IMG/VR virus record: IMGVR_UViG_3300049216_000317
Span: 1-20,960 of that record
Direction: 5' to 3' (one strand)
DNA: 20,960 nt
From: a virus
Lineage: Duplodnaviria > Heunggongvirae > Uroviricota > Caudoviricetes
Shown: positions 14,893 through 20,960 of the stretch, piece by piece
Position numbering within the stretch: position 1 is the stretch's first letter
Layout of the letters: each line of letters opens with the position of its first letter
Position numbers and translations under genes: made by a program
Notes under the pieces: model-generated
Database searches by the model: none
Told to the model about the DNA's origin: nothing
The model's input: only the letters and a program-made list of their open reading frames with translations

Positions 14893-17037
14893 TTACCCAG
14901 CGCTCTGAGTGATTTGTGAAATGTTGAAGTTGATCGGGATGAAGTAAACAGCCGTTGCAAGCTTCACTTCCACGCTCACGCTCATAGTCGGAGCCTGGAT
15001 GTCGACTTTCGCATTTTTGAATCCGAGCGGAGCATCTGAAGACGCACCGATAAGTTTCTGTTTGCGGTAAGCGTCCATTTTTTGTCCCAAGAAACTCAAC
15101 GCGATTGCTGCATTCACATCTGCCAAAGACTTTCCGACGAAAGCTTGTTGGAATGATTGAGCAAGGTCGATTTCAAGGATGTCCGAGCAGTACACGGCCT
15201 GCATCGAGTTGTAGACGAAGTTCGTATCCAAACCGTAAGTAGTTTGGTCAGAAACCCAAGTCACACCTGCATTCAGAGATTGCAAGATCAGCATTCCGCC
15301 ATCCAATGCATCTTCGACGTCGCCGGGCGAACCTGAATCGAATCCAACTGGATCAATAACGCTTGAAACGTTTGCGATCTTATTGGTGATTGACTGATAG
15401 AATCCGCCAGCCTGCATACCAGCTGCGACAACAGCTGCATACCAAGGCTGGAACGTAGTAACTACGCCAGCAGAGTTAAGCTGTTGAGTGCTTTGGAAGG
15501 TGAAGCTGATTCGGAAATCTGCCAATGCCTGTGCTCGCGCCTTAGCATTGTCGTAAGTATCCAGGTTCGAAAGAACCGCAATACGATTACGTTTCAGCTT
15601 AGGAGTCGAGTATTGCAAACAGTGGTTTTTAACTGCCAAGTTGATCGCATCAATCGTGTAAGTCGAAGAAGAATCAGTAACACCAGCTGCGATGTCTTTT
15701 GATGCATCTTGCGAAAACAAAGGGACCAAGATATTGCACTGAATACCAGCCAGTTGCGCAATTGCGGCTACGACATCAGCTGCCAAGGTTCCACCGCGCA
15801 AACCACCTGCGAGGTAGGTAGCTGCTTGGACGTTTGGAAGTCCAGCGGTTGCTTGAGGAGTGAATGTCAAAACAGTCGAGTTGCCAACGGCACCTGCGAA
15901 TGAAGAAGCTGCATCTTTGATACGTCCCGGTTGTCCTGTTGCCGAAGCGATACCGATTGCAGAAACAGAATCCAGAACTGAAGGGGCAGATTGCTGAGCC
16001 TGAGCAATAACAGAAGCCGAATAACCAGTTTGGCTGTTAATGTAAGCGGCGAGATCTGCGACAGTTGAGTAAGCCGAAAGTTTGAGCGAAAGGTTTGCGC
16101 CAGATCCGCCAGTAACAGTCGTAGTTAAGGTGCCAGCCGCTTGGTTGATCGTGAGAGTTCCGGTCGTACCATTGTAACCAACGGTCATAGCGATTTCCGC
16201 TTGCACATCGATAGTTTCGTTTACGCCAGTATCTGCGCGCACGATTGAAACTTCGACTTCTGGTTCTTCTGAAGAAACAGTAAGTCCTGCGCTCAATCCA
16301 AGTGCGGCGAGGTCACCGGAAGTAGAATCGATCAGTTCAAACGATTTTCCATAACCAATGTGGTTTGCGTTTGCGTCAGCCGCCATCGTCAAAACGATAG
16401 TTCCCGTAACAGTTCCAGCTGAGGCCGCAATTCCCGAAGGAAGAAGACTGTTCAGTTCAGTTGCTAGGGTGGCCGCGCTTGAATGGTTAGCGGAAACGCT
16501 GCCAAGAGTAACGACGCTCGCGACACCACCATTTAAACGGATGCTGAATGAGCAACCGTTAAGAGGTGCGCCAAAGGCAGGAATTGCAGTACCAGTGATG
16601 GTCGGTGCAACTTCTGACTGGAGTTGAGTAATCGTGAACTTATATTTATTGCCCGGAAGGCCGTAGTTCTTATCTTGGAACTTACCATAGTTGGTATCGA
16701 CCAATGCCGAAGCTTGCGTTCCAGTGTTCGTTTTCACGATATACACCGTATTCGCAGTAGCTTGGATCGCCGGATCAGCAGATGGAGCAGCCAAAGCTGA
16801 CATTGCATCCACGATCGGGCCGCTAATATAAGCCTGAGCAACGTTCGATAGTTGATCGGGTGTGAATGAGTTATTTTTAAGGACTACGCTTTGATAGCTC
16901 GGTCCGCCATCGGCTTCACCAATGATGACGATAACGCCAGAAGCGCCAGCACCAACAGGCAAGCTGATAACGTTAGGCTTAACGTATGCCCCAGGAATCG
17001 GCGTTGTGACGAAATCTGTGGTTAAAAGTTGTGACAT
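14893..17037 (-). CDS. contractile tail sheath protein
   Basis: 714 aa; N-terminal PGAYV, LAGG mid-motif, C-terminal ...VEVKLATAVYFIPINFNI; precedes the tube gene. Confidence 0.92.
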   Translation of the reverse strand: MSQLLTTDFVTTPIPGAYVKPNVISLPVGAGASGVIVIIGEADGGPSYQSVVLKNNSFTPDQLSNVAQAYISGPIVDAMSALAAPSADPAIQATANTVYIVKTNTGTQASALVDTNYGKFQDKNYGLPGNKYKFTITQLQSEVAPTITGTAIPAFGAPLNGCSFSIRLNGGVASVVTLGSVSANHSSAATLATELNSLLPSGIAASAGTVTGTIVLTMAADANANHIGYGKSFELIDSTSGDLAALGLSAGLTVSSEEPEVEVSIVRADTGVNETIDVQAEIAMTVGYNGTTGTLTINQAAGTLTTTVTGGSGANLSLKLSAYSTVADLAAYINSQTGYSASVIAQAQQSAPSVLDSVSAIGIASATGQPGRIKDAASSFAGAVGNSTVLTFTPQATAGLPNVQAATYLAGGLRGGTLAADVVAAIAQLAGIQCNILVPLFSQDASKDIAAGVTDSSSTYTIDAINLAVKNHCLQYSTPKLKRNRIAVLSNLDTYDNAKARAQALADFRISFTFQSTQQLNSAGVVTTFQPWYAAVVAAGMQAGGFYQSITNKIANVSSVIDPVGFDSGSPGDVEDALDGGMLILQSLNAGVTWVSDQTTYGLDTNFVYNSMQAVYCSDILEIDLAQSFQQAFVGKSLADVNAAIALSFLGQKMDAYRKQKLIGASSDAPLGFKNAKVDIQAPTMSVSVEVKLATAVYFIPINFNISQITQSAG

Positions 17038-17046
17038 CGTATTCTC

Positions 17047-17355
17047 CTACTTAACTTTCTGAAGTCCGAAGTGTTTGATCCCTTGGTCGAACTGGCTCGG
17101 GTGATCCAATCCAATTGCTTTCAAGTGCGCCCAAATAATCGGCTCATATTCTTTTCCTTGGCCGAACGAAGCTTTGTGCTGCGCCCAGTATTTGCGGAAC
17201 TCTTCGCGCTTTTGCTCTTCAGGGAGTTCCTGCTTTTTCGCTTTCGCGAGTGAGAGTCGGAATGCGCGAGCTTCTTCAAGAGTCATCTCTTGTGGCTCAT
17301 CGGCTACCTGAATCTCTTCCATCTCTTGGTCTTCGAATTTTTTGTTCTTACCCAT
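17047..17355 (-). CDS. hypothetical protein (102 aa)
   Basis: Stop overlaps the AGGAG SD of the sheath gene; 1-nt overlap with the upstream gene. Confidence 0.75.
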   Translation of the reverse strand: MGKNKKFEDQEMEEIQVADEPQEMTLEEARAFRLSLAKAKKQELPEEQKREEFRKYWAQHKASFGQGKEYEPIIWAHLKAIGLDHPSQFDQGIKHFGLQKVK

Positions 17356-18092
17356 TACTTCGACTCTTTTTTCGTGAGTTTTGGCTTAGGCATTGATTTC
17401 AATTCAGCGAGCTTTTCCTTGTGAGCGTCACGTTTTGGCTGAGGATCGTGCTGACCCTTGGCTTTCAGTTCAGCTTTATATTCGTGTGAACCTTCGCTCG
17501 CTTTTCGGCTTGACCAAGGCATGTGAACGCCCTTTTGGCTCAAGTGATTGTCGAACTCTTTTCCTGATGAAATGCTTTGCGGGATGAAAGAGCCTTTTTT
17601 AGGAGCGGCTTTCTTGCCTGCGATTTCAGCTTTCTTTTGCTTTTCGCCTTTTGAAAGATCACCTTCAGGTTTTTCGCCTTCTGGCTTTTTCTCTTTAATT
17701 TCTTGGGCAGGCTTATCTTCTGGAGCTTTGCCTTCGCGTTTATGTTCCATGCGGCCCATAAACTTCGCGAGCTTCATATGGCCCTTAAGATTTGACTCTT
17801 TTTCGCCATCGCCTTCTTCAGCTTTTTCATGACCATGTTCGGCCAGATGCTGTTCGACGACTTCATTTACTTTTTCGCCAAGTGTCTTCTCACCAAGATC
17901 TTGTTCGCCATTGCCCTCTTTTGGAGCTTTGTCGGGGTTGTTACCCTTAACGCCATCTTTTGGAGTGTCATTTGGTTCGTCAGCAGCGAGCTTCTTGCCT
18001 GGCTCTTTTTCTTCAGACTTCTTGAGAACTTCGACGCAAGTTTTCAAAACTGCGTAGGCTGCCTCTTTTGCTGTGTACTTTTTTTGATCCAT
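17355..18092 (-). CDS. K/E-rich, probably disordered hypothetical protein
   Basis: GAGGA SD; low-complexity charged sequence; coupled to the next gene. Confidence 0.75.
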   Translation of the reverse strand: MDQKKYTAKEAAYAVLKTCVEVLKKSEEKEPGKKLAADEPNDTPKDGVKGNNPDKAPKEGNGEQDLGEKTLGEKVNEVVEQHLAEHGHEKAEEGDGEKESNLKGHMKLAKFMGRMEHKREGKAPEDKPAQEIKEKKPEGEKPEGDLSKGEKQKKAEIAGKKAAPKKGSFIPQSISSGKEFDNHLSQKGVHMPWSSRKASEGSHEYKAELKAKGQHDPQPKRDAHKEKLAELKSMPKPKLTKKESK

Positions 18093-18146
18093 TAAAGGTT
18101 CCTCGTGGTTACGCTAAAGATTGGTTCAGGGATTGTTTTCAAAATT

Positions 18147-18395
18147 TTAACTATTTGTTTTCCCAGAGCTTTTTCCCTTACCCCGTTGTTTTTCGAGGAA
18201 AGAGCGAAGACTTTCGATACTGGGTCGCTTGATCTCTTCAAAATCTTCGCTTTTAAAGAAAAGGCTCTTTTTGCCAAACGGATCGGCAGGCTTTTTAGCC
18301 TTTGGAGTCTTTGTCGCAGTCGCTTGAGTTCCGACCTTAGTAGGCGCAGGAATTGGCGATTTTAACTTTAGTTTGGGGAGCAAGCTCATACCCAT
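18147..18395 (-). CDS. basic hypothetical protein (82 aa)
   Basis: Fills the operon gap on the - strand; K/P-rich. Confidence 0.6.
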   Translation of the reverse strand: MGMSLLPKLKLKSPIPAPTKVGTQATATKTPKAKKPADPFGKKSLFFKSEDFEEIKRPSIESLRSFLEKQRGKGKSSGKTNS

Positions 18396-18408
18396 AAGAT
18401 TGGTTCAG

Positions 18409-18573
18409 CTATTCGTCTTTGGGCTCACAAAGACGTTTGGCTTTTTGTCTTTCGGATTTCTTTGAGGGTCTGGGTGGGACTAAAGCTTGGTCGCAGGAAT
18501 CGCACCAGCACTTCTTACGGACAGCACCATAGGGTATCTTTTTTGGCTTTCGATGCCCTTTATGACAGCGCAT
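18409..18573 (-). CDS. small basic Cys-rich protein MRCHKGHRKPKKIPYGAVRKKCWCDSCDQALVPPRPSKKSERQKAKRLCEPKDE (54 aa)
   Basis: Translated by hand; exactly fills the gap between neighbouring genes; CWCDSCD motif; below the ORF-track cutoff; weak SD. Confidence 0.55.
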   Translation of the reverse strand: MRCHKGHRKPKKIPYGAVRKKCWCDSCDQALVPPRPSKKSERQKAKRLCEPKDE

Positions 18574-18581
18574 GAGTCGTA

Positions 18582-19589
18582 TTAGTCTTCGTTGAAATCC
18601 GCTTTGGCAGTCGCAATGGTATCGGTGTACCAGGCGTCTTCAAAAGAATCGGCGTCCAGGTTCGACAAGATAGAAACTCCACCAATGTAACCAGATCCCC
18701 GTTTTTCACGCAGGGCTACGGTTTCAACCAAGCGTTGCGGTGATTTGATCCAGGTCATTTCAACCTGTGCAGAAATGCTAATGGTTCGATCAAATACCAG
18801 ATCGCCGCCATCATTGGTTAGTTCTTCGGATGGCTTTAGTGGTCCGCTTTGGAAGGTCGTTTCGGCCATTCCATTAGCTTCGAGCAATGACTCTCGGTAG
18901 CGATATAGACCATATAAAACGATGTCGTGAAGCCAAATGGTCGACTGAGGGTCGCCATGGCATGAGCAAATGATATTATAGCTAGCTTGGCTGAAAGAAT
19001 GCTCAACGCGGGCAACATAGAATTGGTTAGCAGGAACTACGGCCAGCTGCGTCGCATTAATCTCAATTCCGGGTTCAAGAATAATCGTATTGTCTGTGGC
19101 ATCTTGGATAGCCCATCCTTGACCCGTTGCTGGATTGACGAGAATCATGCCAGCAGCAATAAGGGTGTCGCCCAATACGTTTGGATCAAGGGTAACAGTG
19201 CCCGTGCTTTGATTATAGCTAATAGGCGAAAATGGTTTGATGATGTATGGAATTGGCTTTTTGATCTGTTTAGGCAGAAGCTTGACCGTATCAGTGCTAG
19301 CGTCTCCAAGCAGTTTCATTTCGGTCTTTTCGTTTTGACCCCCCAAGACAATGGCAATGTGGGGAAATTCCATTCGGTCCGAAACATAAGCCAAAGAGAT
19401 ATTGATTTTATTGTTTTTGAACCACTCTTTAGCTGCCTGGACCTGTTTTTTACCGTATTTTTGATTCAAATATGAATTGGTCACAAGATCAGAGAAAATA
19501 TCGTCGATTAACCATTCGTTGGCTCGAAGATCGTCCAAGAAGAGTTCAATTGCCGTTTTAAGAATCGCGTCAGCTGAGATGATGCCCAT
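18582..19589 (-). CDS. putative neck / tail-completion (terminator-like) protein
   Basis: Position upstream of the sheath; FPHIAIVLG and DRTISISAQVE pattern recalls tail terminator folds (inference). Confidence 0.6.
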   Translation of the reverse strand: MGIISADAILKTAIELFLDDLRANEWLIDDIFSDLVTNSYLNQKYGKKQVQAAKEWFKNNKINISLAYVSDRMEFPHIAIVLGGQNEKTEMKLLGDASTDTVKLLPKQIKKPIPYIIKPFSPISYNQSTGTVTLDPNVLGDTLIAAGMILVNPATGQGWAIQDATDNTIILEPGIEINATQLAVVPANQFYVARVEHSFSQASYNIICSCHGDPQSTIWLHDIVLYGLYRYRESLLEANGMAETTFQSGPLKPSEELTNDGGDLVFDRTISISAQVEMTWIKSPQRLVETVALREKRGSGYIGGVSILSNLDADSFEDAWYTDTIATAKADFNED

Positions 19590-19600
19590 ATTAACCTATA

Positions 19601-20401
19601 TCATTCCCACTTCGTCCAAGACTCGATGTTCTTCAAAGCCTCTGGCAGGACCTGAGATTCCCAAATCGCCATGGCATGTTCTTTCGCGCGCTCAAAGAAG
19701 TTCTTGGCCTGAAGTCCAGGGTGAATCCATTTGCCTTGGCTTTTAGGTCCTGAAGTGACGGTGCGGAAGGTTTTTACCGAAAGGGTTCCGGTGCGCTGCC
19801 CTTTTTTGTTTTGGCCCGTTACGCGCTGAAAGGCGTTTACGTTTTGGCCGATTGGCGTGTTGCCACGCCCAGGGATTGGACCACCAAGATCTAGATCTTT
19901 GATGGTGCGGCCATGTTTTAGGTTTCCTGCGCCGTCAGTTGTTTTACCGAAAAGACTTGCGCCTTTACCAAACTTCTCTTTATAGCCCTTTTGAAGCTGT
20001 TCGCGCATGTTACTCATATTGACTGTACGATCCTGTGCTGGACCATTGTGTTCGAAGGGGATGATTCGATACCGAATGCCATTTTTCCCGACCTTGCCGT
20101 TTTTTAAAAGTCCCGGCTTCATGTCGAAATTTTCTGGCAAACCATCTTCAATAAAAATTGCCGATTGCTCTAAGGTGCAAACGAATACGCCGGGCGCGAT
20201 TTCTTTAAATGGAGTTAAAGCCTGCAAATAGGTATTACGAGTTGAGTGAAGTTCGTTTTGAACCATTTCAAGAAGGAAGGTGTAAGTTTGGTTCGCGAGA
20301 TTTCGAGCCGCTTCGTTAAGTTCTTGCTCAACCTCTTGCCGAAACAAATGAAAAGTCTCGGCAATTTCGTCCGTATTTAGTGAAAAATGAACGTTTGGCA
20401 T
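19601..20401 (-). CDS. putative neck / head-tail protein (HK97 gp10-like neighbourhood)
   Basis: FDMKPGLL, RYRIIPF, FRTVTS and WIHPG..AKNFF motifs recall neck-region proteins of large myoviruses. Confidence 0.65.
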   Translation of the reverse strand: MPNVHFSLNTDEIAETFHLFRQEVEQELNEAARNLANQTYTFLLEMVQNELHSTRNTYLQALTPFKEIAPGVFVCTLEQSAIFIEDGLPENFDMKPGLLKNGKVGKNGIRYRIIPFEHNGPAQDRTVNMSNMREQLQKGYKEKFGKGASLFGKTTDGAGNLKHGRTIKDLDLGGPIPGRGNTPIGQNVNAFQRVTGQNKKGQRTGTLSVKTFRTVTSGPKSQGKWIHPGLQAKNFFERAKEHAMAIWESQVLPEALKNIESWTKWE

Positions 20402-20402
20402 A

Positions 20403-20612
20403 TTACCCTTTCGAAGGGTTAACAGGCACTCCGGAATCGCCCATCACTCGCGGCTTTTTCATATCGATGAAGCGGACTTTACCCTGTGCATCGGTAACCT
20501 TTTGTTGGCCTTTGCCATTAATGCCACCGTCCGGGATCACAGTCCGCGCGATATGTTTGGTCGTATGTTTCGCGGACAACTTGCCTACGCCTTGGCCGAT
20601 TGTCCCTTGGGC
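20403..20612 (-). CDS. -1 frame extension (69 aa) of the upstream gene; no own start
   Basis: Open frame AQGTIGQGVGKLSAKH...VRFIDMKKPRVMGDSGVPVNPSKG* ends 1 nt before the next ATG; no ATG until residue 51. Confidence 0.65.
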   Translation of the reverse strand, partial: AQGTIGQGVGKLSAKHTTKHIARTVIPDGGINGKGQQKVTDAQGKVRFIDMKKPRVMGDSGVPVNPSKG

Positions 20613-20636
20613 TTTGGGGGCGGGGCACCGCCCTCT
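20574..20636 (-). other. candidate programmed -1 ribosomal frameshift signal
   Basis: In-frame slippery heptamer C_CCA_AAG (20618-20612); AGAGGG 12 nt upstream; GGACAA/TTGTCC stem starting 6 nt downstream. Confidence 0.65.
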
Positions 20637-20960
20637 TTTGCTGGAGCAGCCGACTGCTCTTGTGGAACTTGTTTTTCAGGCGCTTGCGCTTCGTCAGGAC
20701 CATTTTCTTGAGTTGGAACTTCGTCATCACCACTGAAACCCAACATTTTGGCCATTTCAATCATTGAACGCAGCATGGCAATTGACGCCTGATAAAATTC
20801 AGGAGCCTGTTCTTTTGCCATTTCGAGGACCTTCTTCTGGGATTTGAATCCTTGAAGAGCTTGTCCTACCATTTGCGAGACTTTTTCTTTTTGAATATTT
20901 TGAGCGTGGTTATCTAATCCGTCTTTTAGAACAGAACCTAGGTCTGGACCTTCGTCATCT
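20585..20960 (-). CDS. hypothetical protein, 5' end outside the window
   Basis: The frame stays open upstream of ATG 20872 to the window edge (DDEGPDLGSVLKDGLDNHAQNIQKEKVSQ-MVGQ...). Confidence 0.8.
   Translation of the reverse strand, partial: DDEGPDLGSVLKDGLDNHAQNIQKEKVSQMVGQALQGFKSQKKVLEMAKEQAPEFYQASIAMLRSMIEMAKMLGFSGDDEVPTQENGPDEAQAPEKQVPQEQSAAPAKEGGAPPPKPKGQSAKA

Larger units (their letters stand above)
7721..18401 (-). promoter_or_regulatory. dispersed candidate late-promoter motif AATCTT(T)A
   Basis: On the - strand at 7721-7727, 12524-12531, 12545-12551, 13498-13505, 14357-14364, 18115-18122 and 18395-18401, each intergenic or abutting a start codon. Confidence 0.5.

Noticed and set aside
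18573-18584. TAATACGACTCA on the - strand, 12 nt identical to the T7 promoter
   Set aside because: Lacks the CTATAG initiation part; the TAA is the stop codon of the upstream gene; single copy; no T7-like polymerase in view.
8978-19746. Many + strand and alternative-frame ORFs (60-160 aa) overlapping the structural genes
   Set aside because: Shadow ORFs of strongly coding - strand genes; no SD or recognisable motifs.
1-20960. CRISPR array, tRNA/rRNA, integrase, transposase, reverse transcriptase
   Set aside because: No regularly spaced repeats with spacers, no cloverleaf with TTCGA T-arm, and no matching protein motifs seen.

Overview
The window looks like part of a large tailed phage with a contractile tail (myovirus-like); the host is not determined. 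Left part (1-5100): small hypothetical early-type genes, a probable DNA-binding protein and an Rnl2-family RNA ligase on +, converging with a short - strand cluster. Centre (5100-6060): no convincing gene, but operator-like inverted repeats, an inverted pair of DnaA boxes, a terminator and a ~590-nt hairpin-dense tract whose G:U pairs favour the + strand (candidate large structured RNA, or ssDNA origin). Right part (6062-20960, - strand): a virion operon with neck/tail-completion-like proteins, tail sheath, tail tube, a secreted HExxH peptidase with a probable CTG start, fibre/appendage-like proteins, a permuted papain-like amidase, a holin-like protein and a probable tail-chaperone pair. Best leads: (i) a complete -1 ribosomal frameshift signal (internal SD, C_CCA_AAG, 3' stem) at 20574-20636; (ii) the structured tract at 5423-6012; (iii) a strictly 5-nt-periodic array at 7101-7165; (iv) recurring regulatory motifs (AATCTT(T)A ahead of late genes, WGCTAATAR, tandem ACGGA-loop hairpins). 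All protein family calls come from motif recognition by eye; no searches or folding programs were run.
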